Source of the DNA: Deltaproteobacteria bacterium
Lineage (GTDB): Bacteria; Desulfobacterota; Binatia; UBA12015
Reading direction: 5' to 3'
Length of the DNA: 64,000 nucleotides
Assembly (NCBI GenBank): GCA_046583355.1
Contig: JAYGCM010000017.1
Coordinates: 1 to 64,000, forward strand
Of the stretch, positions 19,901 through 28,354 are shown one piece after another. Both the position numbers and the translations under genes were made by a program. How positions within the stretch are numbered: the stretch's first letter is position 1; each line of letters opens with the position of its first letter. Below the pieces are notes generated by a model. It did not search any database. It saw nothing but the letters and a program-made list of their open reading frames with translations, and had not been told where the DNA came from.

Positions 19901-20173
19901 CTGCGCGAGGAGGGTCATCCTCTGGAGGAGTCCATTATTCGCGGCGCCGTGACCCGCTTGCGGCCGGTGCTCATGACGGCCCTGGTAGCCTCGCTGGGTT
20001 TTGTCCCGATGGCGATCGCGACAGGGACCGGCGCGGAGGTCCAGCGTCCGCTTGCCACAGTGGTGATCGGGGGGCTGATCTCCAGCACGCTACTGACGCT
20101 GCTTGTCCTGCCGGCGCTCTATAGGGTCTTTGCGGGAAAGGCCTCTGCAGGCGAAGTTTCTAGCGTTGACTGA
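16913..20173 (+). CDS. czcA: CzcA/CusA family heavy-metal efflux RND transporter
   Basis: 1086 aa; LPIDAVPDVT, TM4 GAIDFGLIVDGAVIIVEN (CzcA-type divalent-cation signature), RLRPVLMTA, AEVQRPLATVVIGG. Confidence 0.95.
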   Translation: MLESILRFSVRRRGLVVLAVLAAALLGAWSFLELPIDAVPDVTNRQVQITAHAPSFSPEEVEKLVTFPLETVLAGIPGLDYTRSLSRVAFAQVTAVFHDDVDIYFARQQVSERLAAVAASLPPDVSTSMGPVATGLSEIFMWTVEYARPGGRGAEIRDGEPGWQSDGSYRTPAGELLRTELQLASYLRTVQDWIITPQVKTVAGVAGIESIGGFVKQYQVRPDPKVLASLGLTFHDLLEALERNNLSTGAGFIERNGEAYIVRASGRLAGLEDLAEVVVGVRQGTPLRVADVASVAIGGAPRLGSATEDGEEVVIGTALMLLGENSRTVSAAVAVRMAEIRERLPVGIRAKTVLDRTRLVDATIRTVRDNLVEGALLVVVVLFLMLGNFRAALITAMAIPLSMLLAAIGMVQTGTSGNLMSLGAIDFGLIVDGAVIIVENCLRRLGERQAELGRVLTRAERLETVFLASKQVRSATAFGEVIIITVYLPILALGGVEGKMFQPMAMTVIFALTAAFVLSLTFIPAMVALVVTGRVRERENAVISLAKRLYEPAVRWALRWRYAVIVAAIVLFGGSLGLLRSLGQEFAPTLGELDILLHAIRIPSTGVAQATGMQRQLERRLRDVPEVAFVFSRTGSGDIGADPMPVYISDTFLILEPRSEWPDPSETKEDVRRRIEAIVFQVPGNAYEFTQPIQMRFNELLAGVRADLAVKVYGDDFDEMLQVAEQIADILRSIPGTADTRVEQVTGAPLLNIVVDRRAIAPYGLSVADVHEVVAIAIGGKTAGQVFQGDRRFDVVVRLSEAMRGDLSTLENLPIPLSHEDRPLARLALGGDDIQRAATRYLPLSAVATIELTEGANQISRENGKRRIVAQTNVRGRDIGSVVAEAQARVAAEVDLPPGSWIGWDGEFKNLEQAMRRLKVVVPICLLAILVLLYATFGSLRPAAMVFTGIPLALTGGIVSLWLRDLPFSISAAVGFIALSGVAVLNGLVMITFVNQLREEGHPLEESIIRGAVTRLRPVLMTALVASLGFVPMAIATGTGAEVQRPLATVVIGGLISSTLLTLLVLPALYRVFAGKASAGEVSSVD

Positions 20174-20300
20174 TTTCGCCCCGCGCGAAAATGAGTAATC
20201 TCCGCGCTCGCTGGCTACGATATCGGTTGGTTCGGGAAGCTGTCAGTGGGGCTACGCGCTGCGCTCTCCTTTGGGACGCATAATCTATGACACAGTAGTA

Positions 20301-21323
20301 CTAGTTCACGGTCATTCGGCTTGCGGATCGGTTGCGACTCCAGTCGGTCATGGTGTTTTTGAAATGGTCGGGGCGTCTCGCGAGGACGCGGGTTTCGAGC
20401 CAGAGCCGCTTCAGGTGGCGCACCGATCCGGCGGCGCGGTCGTCGCGGTAGGCAGTTCGTCCGTGCAGGACGTGGTAGTTGTTGATGAACTGGATGTCGC
20501 CCGGCGCGAGCTCCATCGAGATATGGTGTTGCGGATCGTCCGCAAGTTCGACCACCCGGGCCAGCGCGCGCTTGGCTATGTCGGTGAGACGCGGCGCGTC
20601 TTCGTGGCGTTGCGAGGCGAGGATATAGGGCGGAATACAGCGCACGAAGAGTCGCCCATCGCATTCGGTGAAGACCGGCATGGTGTACCAACCCTTGCCC
20701 CCTTTGGCCTGCTCGCCACGGAAATCGAAGGGCTGAAGTTTGTAGAGTTCGGCGGCGAGCTCGGGTGATTCGTGTACCAGCCGGTTGTGGATCGACACGG
20801 AGTTGGCCGCAGTTGCCAGGCCGCCCTCGACCCCATCCTGGAGACAGAGCAGGCCGACAAGGTCGGAGCCATCGGTGTGGAAGGGCAGGGCAATGCCGCC
20901 GAGTTCGTTGCCGCGCGCCTCGGGGTCGTTTGTCGCCCGTCCTTGATCCGTCACATCCCCGAGCATATGGCCGTGTTTGTTCTGCGCCCAGGGCGTGCCG
21001 AGATGCATGCCGATTCCCCAGTAGATCATCTCCATTTCGGCCTGGTCGTAGCGGCTGCGATCGATCCCGCGAATCCGTACGAGGCCACGCCCCTCGATCA
21101 ACTCGTTCTCGATGCGCGCCAACCTTTGCGCCAGCCCATCGAGCGGGAAATCGTCGCGCTCAATATCGAGCACATCGGCTGAGATCGAAAGCGCGTGGCG
21201 CAGGGCCGCGTCGAGTTCGCTGGTTTCGCTCGGCGTCAGTACTTCCGTGTACACGGAAGCATCGGGTAGATCGTCGGACGTCCATTCGCATTGCGTCTCG
21301 AGAATTCGGGGAGCGTCCATCAT
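20301..21323 (-). CDS. TauD/TfdA family Fe(II)/2OG dioxygenase
   Basis: LPFHTDGSD (HxD), PGDIQFINNYHVLHGR, RHLKRLW. Confidence 0.9.
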   Translation of the reverse strand: MMDAPRILETQCEWTSDDLPDASVYTEVLTPSETSELDAALRHALSISADVLDIERDDFPLDGLAQRLARIENELIEGRGLVRIRGIDRSRYDQAEMEMIYWGIGMHLGTPWAQNKHGHMLGDVTDQGRATNDPEARGNELGGIALPFHTDGSDLVGLLCLQDGVEGGLATAANSVSIHNRLVHESPELAAELYKLQPFDFRGEQAKGGKGWYTMPVFTECDGRLFVRCIPPYILASQRHEDAPRLTDIAKRALARVVELADDPQHHISMELAPGDIQFINNYHVLHGRTAYRDDRAAGSVRHLKRLWLETRVLARRPDHFKNTMTDWSRNRSASRMTVN

Positions 21324-21371
21324 GATTTTCCTTTGCTTTCGGACCTGGCAGATTGTGGCGTGGCGCCGTGC

Positions 21372-23117
21372 TCAAGCATGCGGCCGTGCGGTGGCGCCCC
21401 GGATGAGTCGCCCGGGCAATGCGCCGGTGCTTTCGCCATCCTTGTAGGTTACCTGACCCGAGACGATCGTGTAGCGGTAGCCGACGGCTTCCTGCATGAG
21501 TCGGCCACCGCCGGCGGGCAGATCGTATACGATGGTCGGCTCGCGCAGCCGCAGGGTCTCGTAATCAAAGATGATGACGTCGGCCTTATAACCGGGCGAG
21601 AGCAAGCCGCGGTCGTGTAATCCGACGGCACGCGCTGTGTCTTGCGTATGCCATTTGACGATGGTCTCCAGGGGGACGCGCGGCCCGCGCTGCCGATCGC
21701 GCGCCCAATGGGTGACCATATGCGTGGTGAAACTTGCGTCGCAGATGGAGCCCAGATGCGCCCCGCCATCGCCCAGGCCAAGGATGGTATTGGGGTCTTC
21801 CATCATTTCGAGCGAGGCGTTCAGCGATCCTTCGGCGTAGTTCATGAACGGGTAGTAGAGGAAATTGCGGCCTTCGTTCTTCAGCAGGCAATCGTAGGCA
21901 TACGCCGCCGCATCGATGCCCCGACGTTCGGCCTGCGCGCCAATGCTTTGTGAGGGATCCTGCTCGTAATCCGGGGGATCCCCCAGGACGAATGTCTTGT
22001 CGAATTGCAGTAGTGCTTTTGCCCTCGGCGAGACACGGCCTTCGGCCACATCGGCCAGGATGGACGCGCGGAGTTCGGGGCGGCGCAGCGCTTCGATTTT
22101 TTCGGCAAAGGGCAGATCTCTCGCCGCTTGGTAGGACGGCGTACCGAGGAAGGGGTTGAGAGTCGCCTCGAAGCTGAGCATCAAGCCGACCGGGCGACCG
22201 GCGACCTGGGCGAAGAGCGGTAGACCCCGGTCGTTGGCTTCCTGAATCCACTCGAGAAGACCGCGCCAATGGTCGGGACTCAAATCGGATTGCGCAAGCG
22301 AGACGGAAAGCGGTCGCCCCGAGACGCGCGCCAGTTTTTCCAGCAGGGCCAGTTCCGCTTCGCGATCCTTGAAGTCGCTTACGAATTGCAGGACGCCGCG
22401 TCCGGTATCGGCCAATGCGCTGGCGATGCCGAGCAACTCGTCTTCGGCGGCCGTGAGCGATGGCGTTGGCTTGCCGTCGCTGGTGCGATGGTTGAGCGTA
22501 CGCGAGGAAGAAAATCCGATCGCCCCGGCAAGCAGGGCTTCGCGAGTCAGCTCGGCCATTTCCGCGATATCGTCGGGCGTCGCTTTTTCGAGGTCCGCGC
22601 CGCGCTCTCCCATGACGTAGACCCGCAGCGGGCCGTGCGGAAGCTGTACGGCGAGGTCGATATCGTGTGGCTTGGCGTCAATCGCATTCATGAATTCCGG
22701 GAAGGACTCCCAATTCCAGGACAATCCTTCGGTGAGAACCGCGCCGGGAATATCCTCTACGCCCTCCATCAGGCGGACCAGCATCTCGTGGTCCTCGGGG
22801 CGGCAGGGGGCAAAGCCGACGCCGCAGTTGCCCGTGACGACAGTGGTGACACCATGCCAACTCGAGGGGGCCAGACGCTCATCCCAAGTGGCTTGTCCGT
22901 CGTAGTGGGTGTGGATATCAACGAAGCCCGGTGCGACGACGAGGCCGGCCGCGTCGATCTCTTCTTTTCCCCTGCCTGCGACCACGCCAATATGCGCGAT
23001 CTTCCCGTCGCGGATCGCGATATCAGCGCGAAGGGAGGGGCCGCCTTGGCCGTCGATGATGGTTCCGTCCCGGATGACCATGTCCCATTTTTCGGTGGCT
23101 GTATCGGTTGTGGGCAT
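21372..23117 (-). CDS. N-acyl-D-amino-acid deacylase family amidohydrolase
   Basis: APGFVDIHTHYD, HGVTTVVTGNCG, GLGDGGAH, RGLLSPGYKADV. Confidence 0.92.
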   Translation of the reverse strand: MPTTDTATEKWDMVIRDGTIIDGQGGPSLRADIAIRDGKIAHIGVVAGRGKEEIDAAGLVVAPGFVDIHTHYDGQATWDERLAPSSWHGVTTVVTGNCGVGFAPCRPEDHEMLVRLMEGVEDIPGAVLTEGLSWNWESFPEFMNAIDAKPHDIDLAVQLPHGPLRVYVMGERGADLEKATPDDIAEMAELTREALLAGAIGFSSSRTLNHRTSDGKPTPSLTAAEDELLGIASALADTGRGVLQFVSDFKDREAELALLEKLARVSGRPLSVSLAQSDLSPDHWRGLLEWIQEANDRGLPLFAQVAGRPVGLMLSFEATLNPFLGTPSYQAARDLPFAEKIEALRRPELRASILADVAEGRVSPRAKALLQFDKTFVLGDPPDYEQDPSQSIGAQAERRGIDAAAYAYDCLLKNEGRNFLYYPFMNYAEGSLNASLEMMEDPNTILGLGDGGAHLGSICDASFTTHMVTHWARDRQRGPRVPLETIVKWHTQDTARAVGLHDRGLLSPGYKADVIIFDYETLRLREPTIVYDLPAGGGRLMQEAVGYRYTIVSGQVTYKDGESTGALPGRLIRGATARPHA

Positions 23118-23417
23118 GAAGTGTGTCTCCGCGCAGGGCGCGAGCCCCTTTGAGGATCGCGGCCGTTCTACTGAAGTGAGGATCGGGGCAACCCTATCCT
23201 CCCTCTTTTGTTAGTGATCCGGTGGTGTCGCACAACGTCGCGACGACTGGCATTTGGCCGTCGGAGGTGATACGAATAAAAGGCGAAAAGATAAATCGGC
23301 GAAATGTCCCACGTAGTGGGCTGCAAGACAATGACAATGCGGCCGGGTCGGGGTACTTCACGGCATGCTTTGCTGGCAGGCAGCGGAGTCGAACGGAACT
23401 GGACGAAGGAGAAAAAG

Positions 23418-24506
23418 ATGGACGAAAACCGCGCACGCGCAATGGAATTGGCGATTGGCCAGATCGAAAAACAATTCGGCAAGGGCTCGATCATGAAACT
23501 CGGCGCGGATGCGGTGGTCCCGGATATCGCGACCATCTCGACCGGCTCCCTGGCGCTCGATATTGCGCTGGGTGTGGGCGGTGTGCCGCGTGGCCGTGTG
23601 GTCGAGATCTACGGTCCGGAATCCTCCGGCAAGACGACGCTCTCGCTGCAGATCATTGCTGAAGCTCACAAACTCGGCGGCACCTGTGCCTTCGTGGACG
23701 CCGAGCACGCGCTCGATACCGGCTACGCGCGCAAGCTGGGCGTGAAGCTCGAAGATCTGCTCATCGCCCAGCCCGATAACGGCGAACAAGCCTTGGAAAT
23801 CACCGAGACTCTGGTGCGCTCGGGTGCGCTCGATGTCCTGGTGATCGACTCGGTGGCGGCGCTCGTGCCGCGTGCCGAGCTCGAAGGCGATATGGGCGAT
23901 CCGCAGATGGGCCTGCAAGCCCGTCTCATGTCGCAGGCTCTGCGCAAGCTCACCGGCACCATCTCGCGCTCGCGCACGATCGTCATTTTCATCAATCAGA
24001 TCCGCATGAAAATCGGCGTCATGTTCGGCAATCCGGAGACGACCACGGGCGGCAACGCTCTGAAGTTCTACTCCTCCGTGCGTATGGACATCCGCCGCAT
24101 TGGCGCGATCAAGCAGGGCGACGAAGTCGTCGGCAGCCGCACCAAGGTCAAGGTCGTCAAGAACAAGGTGGCGCCGCCCTTCCGCGAGGCCGAGTTTGAT
24201 ATCCTCTACGGCAAGGGCATCTCTCGGGTGGGCGAAATCGTCGACCTTGGCGTCGAGGATGGCTTGGTCGAGAAATCCGGCTCCTGGTATTCCTACGACG
24301 GCGAGCGCATTGGCCAGGGCCGCGAGAACGCCAAGGAGTTCCTGCACGACAACCCGGAGATCGCGCAGAAGATCGAGGCCGCGGTTTGCGAAAGTCGTGG
24401 AATTCCGTCGCCCAACACCGAGGCCATGGCGGCCACCGCTAGTGCTGCGTCTGAGATCGCATCCGACCCCAAGCCGGTGAAGGCCGGAAAGGGCCGGCGC
24501 AAATAG
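23418..24506 (+). CDS. recA: Recombinase A
   Basis: [47 protein letters not shown] 23418 after AAGGAG. Confidence 0.99.
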   Translation: MDENRARAMELAIGQIEKQFGKGSIMKLGADAVVPDIATISTGSLALDIALGVGGVPRGRVVEIYGPESSGKTTLSLQIIAEAHKLGGTCAFVDAEHALDTGYARKLGVKLEDLLIAQPDNGEQALEITETLVRSGALDVLVIDSVAALVPRAELEGDMGDPQMGLQARLMSQALRKLTGTISRSRTIVIFINQIRMKIGVMFGNPETTTGGNALKFYSSVRMDIRRIGAIKQGDEVVGSRTKVKVVKNKVAPPFREAEFDILYGKGISRVGEIVDLGVEDGLVEKSGSWYSYDGERIGQGRENAKEFLHDNPEIAQKIEAAVCESRGIPSPNTEAMAATASAASEIASDPKPVKAGKGRRK

Positions 24507-24533
24507 GCCAAGGCCTCCAGCACAGAGGGCGCC

Positions 24534-24570
24534 AACGCGGGGTTTCGAGTTTTCGGAACCCCGCGTTTTT
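24534..24570 (+). terminator. Rho-independent terminator after recA
   Basis: aacgcggggtttcga-gttt-tcggaaccccgcgtt hairpin ending in a T run. Confidence 0.8.
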
Positions 24571-24669
24571 GTTGGTGCGGGCCGGTTCCTCAAGGATTTC
24601 GCCATAATGGTCGATGATGCAGGGGAGGGAAGGGGGCCCGGGGTGCACCGCGCATTCGCAGCGCCCCGA

Positions 24670-25929
24670 ATGGGTATGCGGCAAATCGATGAAATTCTCG
24701 GCTGGGCACTCGAGCGCGATGCGTCCGATATTCACCTGAAAATCGGCTCTCCGCCGCTGTTGCGCCGCTACGGCATTCTTGCACCAGAGGGGAAATTCGC
24801 CCCGCTCTCGGCAGAGGACCTGAAAGATATCCTCTGCCAATTGGCCGACGAGACGCAGCGTGCGCGCCTGGTCGCCGAGCGCCAGCTCGATCTCGGCTAC
24901 GGCAATGAGGTGCTGGGCCGTTTTCGCGTCAATGTCTACTATCAGCGAGGCGAGCTTCGCGTGGCAATGCGGGCGATCCCGAATAAGGTTCGGACGTTGG
25001 AGGAGTTGTATCTCCCCGAAATCGTGACGCGGTTGGCGACGGAGTCGCGTGGGCTCATCCTCGTGACCGGGACGACGGGTTCGGGCAAATCAACTTCGCT
25101 CGCCTCGATGATCGACCGGAAAAACCAGACCGATCCGCTCCATATCATCACGGTCGAAGACCCGATCGAGTATCTGCATACCGACAATAAATCCATGATC
25201 AGCCAGCGCGAGGTTGGTGTGGATGTGACCGATTTCGGCGCCGGCCTGAAGGGCGCTTTGCGCCAGGACCCCGACGTGATTCTGATCGGCGAGATGCGCG
25301 ATCTTGAGACCATTGAGACGGCTATCGTCTCGGCTGAGACCGGCCATCTGGTCCTCAGTACTCTCCATACACTGGATGCGCCCGAGACTGTGACGCGCAT
25401 CATTCAGGCCTTCCCCGGCCATCAGCGTGACCAGATCCGCATTGTTCTCTCGTCGGTCCTCAAGGGCATCATCAGCCAGCGCCTGGTGCGCCGCGCTGAT
25501 GGCAAGGGCCTCGTGCCTGCCGTCGAGGTGATGATCAATACAGCGCTTGTCCAGGACATCATCAAAGACCCGACGCGCAGCCCGCGCGAGCTCACCGACG
25601 CGATTGCCAAGGGGCATGTGAACTACGGCACGCAGACCTTCGACCAATCGCTGATGAGCCTCTACCGCCAGGAGCTCATCACCTACGAAGAGGCGCTGCG
25701 GCAGGCGACGAAACCCGACGATTTCGCCTTGCAGGTACGCGGCATCAGCTCGACCTCCGACTCCCAATGGGCCGATTTCGACACCCCGGGCGACCAAGGT
25801 GCCAAGGACGAATCAACCGCTGGGGCGGACCGCGGCGCGGCTGCGTTCGGTTCGCGTAAAGCGAGCCGCAACGCAGGCCATATTGAGCCTTCGAAGGTCC
25901 CGCCGGCGCGTCTCGTCAAGCGCTTCTAG
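24670..25929 (+). CDS. pilT: PilT/PilU family type IV pilus ATPase
   Basis: ASDIHL, Walker A GTTGSGKST, TVEDPIE, LRQDPDVILIGEMRD, His box GHLVLSTLH. Confidence 0.92.
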   Translation: MGMRQIDEILGWALERDASDIHLKIGSPPLLRRYGILAPEGKFAPLSAEDLKDILCQLADETQRARLVAERQLDLGYGNEVLGRFRVNVYYQRGELRVAMRAIPNKVRTLEELYLPEIVTRLATESRGLILVTGTTGSGKSTSLASMIDRKNQTDPLHIITVEDPIEYLHTDNKSMISQREVGVDVTDFGAGLKGALRQDPDVILIGEMRDLETIETAIVSAETGHLVLSTLHTLDAPETVTRIIQAFPGHQRDQIRIVLSSVLKGIISQRLVRRADGKGLVPAVEVMINTALVQDIIKDPTRSPRELTDAIAKGHVNYGTQTFDQSLMSLYRQELITYEEALRQATKPDDFALQVRGISSTSDSQWADFDTPGDQGAKDESTAGADRGAAAFGSRKASRNAGHIEPSKVPPARLVKRF

Positions 25930-26011
25930 AGTTTCGTCAAACGCTTCTGGAATCATTCCGAAGCGGGCTGCTTTGGCGAAGCCGTGCGCAAGGCCTGGCC
26001 CGAACGCAGAA

Positions 26012-26041
26012 AGGGCGCGGTGGCTGCTGCCGCCGCGCCCT
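26012..26041 (-). terminator. Hairpin terminator between convergent pilT and beta-barrel genes
   Basis: agggcgcggtggc-tgct-gccgccgcgccct; followed by TTCT on the minus strand. Confidence 0.55.
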
Positions 26042-26114
26042 CTCCGATTGTATTCTCCACGCGCCGTATCCGCGGGCGCAATGCCCTGCGGTGGTCCGGC
26101 CGAGAGCTTTGCCT

Positions 26115-26858
26115 CTAGAACGTCAGACGTCCGCCGAAGTTCACCGCGATCGCGTCAAAATCTGCAAGCGTCGAGGTTGGCATCAGGTAGGCGGCTTCGG
26201 CGAAGAGACCGAAGGTATCGGTTACGGCGAAGTCGACACCGCCGGCAACCCGGCCCATGAAGACGACAGGGTCGCTGCTCACCGACTGGCGTTGCTGGGC
26301 GATGGTGCCCTCATCGTCAGGTCCCGAGATCTCGGCGATCTGCAGCCGGTTGCCATACATGAAGCCGACGCCACCGCTGACATAGGGCTCGAAGCGGCCG
26401 AGCGGCAGGATCGCCTTCAGGTTGAGGGCGAAGTCGATCGTCCAGAGCGTGTCCTGCACCGTGTTCTGCTCGCCGGGAGCGATGGGTGAGGGGAAGCTGA
26501 CGTCGGAGGTGTAGCTGTCGGCGTATTCCAGAACGCCTTCGGCTGCGAGGTAATCACAGAACCGATAACCGCCGCGAAGATTGAAGCCCCAGCTGTCGTC
26601 GAAACTGGCGGCCGGCTGGCCGATGGCCACCATGCTCGTCGCGCCCGCGTCGAAGTTCTCGAAGAAATGCGACATCCCGATGGCGATGAAGGGGCCGGAT
26701 CTATCAGGCTTGGCTGCCTCTATCACAGGCGTCGCAACCGGCGGTGCTTCCTCGCCGACGATAATGGCTTCGGCAACGACCTCATCGGCATTGGCGGGTA
26801 CGGCAAGACCGACCAACAATGTGGTGGCAAGCGTGGCTCTCAGGATTCCTCTCAGCAT
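26115..26858 (-). CDS. Outer membrane beta-barrel (porin/OmpW-OmpA-like) protein
   Basis: Signal peptide ending ANA, alternating beta strands, PYVSGGVG, C-terminal Phe; RBS GAGGAG. Confidence 0.82.
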   Translation of the reverse strand: MLRGILRATLATTLLVGLAVPANADEVVAEAIIVGEEAPPVATPVIEAAKPDRSGPFIAIGMSHFFENFDAGATSMVAIGQPAASFDDSWGFNLRGGYRFCDYLAAEGVLEYADSYTSDVSFPSPIAPGEQNTVQDTLWTIDFALNLKAILPLGRFEPYVSGGVGFMYGNRLQIAEISGPDDEGTIAQQRQSVSSDPVVFMGRVAGGVDFAVTDTFGLFAEAAYLMPTSTLADFDAIAVNFGGRLTF

Positions 26859-27147
26859 TTGTATGACCCTCCTCAAGGTGTTTTGCGCATGCAGAAATGC
26901 TCGCCAACAAACGCGAGCTACTGCGATCGTGTACCAGAAAAAAAGCTCGCAAAGCAAAGGGTGGCTCGACGGACCTGGCGGGAATGCCTGGCTGGGCCAA
27001 ACAGCATCGCAGGTACTCCTGTTTTATTCCCGTGGGAATTTGCTGTGCGGAACCACTGGCATCCGCTGCGCGGGAGATTACGATGCGGCGTAGGCCTCGG
27101 GTGGCTGGCCACGGGCCGGCGGCGGGGCGCGCGGAAAACAAGAAGCG

Positions 27148-28338
27148 ATGTTTGAAGATCTGAAATCTGCTCCCCCCGATGCGATCCTCGGTTTGAGTGA
27201 GGGCTTCCGCGCCGACCCGCGCGAGGCCAAGGTGAACCTCACGGTCGGCGTCTACCAGGACGAGGCCGGCCAGACGCCAGTGCTCGCGACCGTCCGCGAG
27301 GCTGCCTTGGATCTGCTGGAAGCGGAAAAAACCAAGCAATATCTGCCGATTCCCGGAAGGCCGGAGCTGGGACTCCATATTCGGGAGCTGCTCTTCGGGG
27401 CAGGCGATGAGCTTGTTAGCGGCGGCCGCGCCGTCACGGCGCAGACTCCGGGCGGCACGGGTGCGCTACGCATCGCGGGTGATTTCCTGTGCAAATCTTC
27501 GTCGCCGACCCTCTGGCTATCCGCACCCACCTGGCCGAACCACCCCGCGGTATTCGCCGCGGCGGGACTCGAAACCCGCACCTATCCATATTTCTCTGCC
27601 GCTACCGGGGAACTCGATCGCGAAGCCTTTCTCAATGCTCTGCGTGAGGTGCCGGCTGGCGATGTGGTCGTCCTGCACGGCTGTTGCCATAACCCCACCG
27701 GCGTCGATCCGGATTTCGAAACCTGGCAAGAGATCGCTGGCATTGCTGCCGAACGTGGCTGGTTGCCGCTGGTCGATCTGGCCTATCAGGGCTTTGGTGA
27801 GGGCATCGAGGAGGATGTCCGCGGCCTGCGCGAGTTGGCCGCGCGCGTACCTGAGTTGCTCGTTTGTAGCTCGTTCTCGAAGACTTTCGGTCTCTACCGC
27901 GAGCGAATCGGTGCCCTGACGCTGGTCGCGCAGACCCCCGGGCAGGCATCGGCGGTGCTCAGCCAGCTCAAAGTCGTCATCCGCACAAGTTACTCCAACC
28001 CACCGGCGCACGGCGGCGAGATCGTCTCGCTGGTGCTCGGCGATGCCGAGCGACGCGCGCGCTGGCAGGTGGAACTCGAGACGATGCGCGCGCGCATCCA
28101 CGGCATGCGTGTCGGCTTGGCCGACGCCTTGACGGCCGCGGGTGCCTCGAGAGATTTCTCCTTCCTGGCTCATCAGAAAGGCATGTTCTCCCTGCTCGGA
28201 ATCTCGAAGGCGCAGGTCGATGCGCTGCGCGACGATCACGCCATTTATCTGGTCGGTAGCGGCCGGATCAACGTCGCCGGCCTCACGCCTGCGAACCTCG
28301 AAGCGGTTGCCCGCGCCCTGGTCTCGACCGGCGCTTGA
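27148..28338 (+). CDS. aspC: Aspartate/aromatic amino acid aminotransferase (AspC/TyrB class)
   Basis: PPDAILGL, KVNLTVGVY, QTPGGTGAL, HGCCHNPTG, SFSKTFGLYRERIG, GRINVAG. Confidence 0.94.
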   Translation: MFEDLKSAPPDAILGLSEGFRADPREAKVNLTVGVYQDEAGQTPVLATVREAALDLLEAEKTKQYLPIPGRPELGLHIRELLFGAGDELVSGGRAVTAQTPGGTGALRIAGDFLCKSSSPTLWLSAPTWPNHPAVFAAAGLETRTYPYFSAATGELDREAFLNALREVPAGDVVVLHGCCHNPTGVDPDFETWQEIAGIAAERGWLPLVDLAYQGFGEGIEEDVRGLRELAARVPELLVCSSFSKTFGLYRERIGALTLVAQTPGQASAVLSQLKVVIRTSYSNPPAHGGEIVSLVLGDAERRARWQVELETMRARIHGMRVGLADALTAAGASRDFSFLAHQKGMFSLLGISKAQVDALRDDHAIYLVGSGRINVAGLTPANLEAVARALVSTGA

Positions 28339-28354
28339 GGCGGTCGCTCGCGGC

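Noticed and set aside
23179..23200. GNRA-capped hairpin (GGG-GCAA-CCC) between the deacylase and recA as a riboswitch
   Set aside because: A single short hairpin without the other elements of any riboswitch class I recognise
26888..26905. TGGCGAGCATTTCTGCA (minus strand) as a sigma-54 promoter for the beta-barrel gene
   Set aside because: GG-GC spacing is 11 nt rather than the required 10
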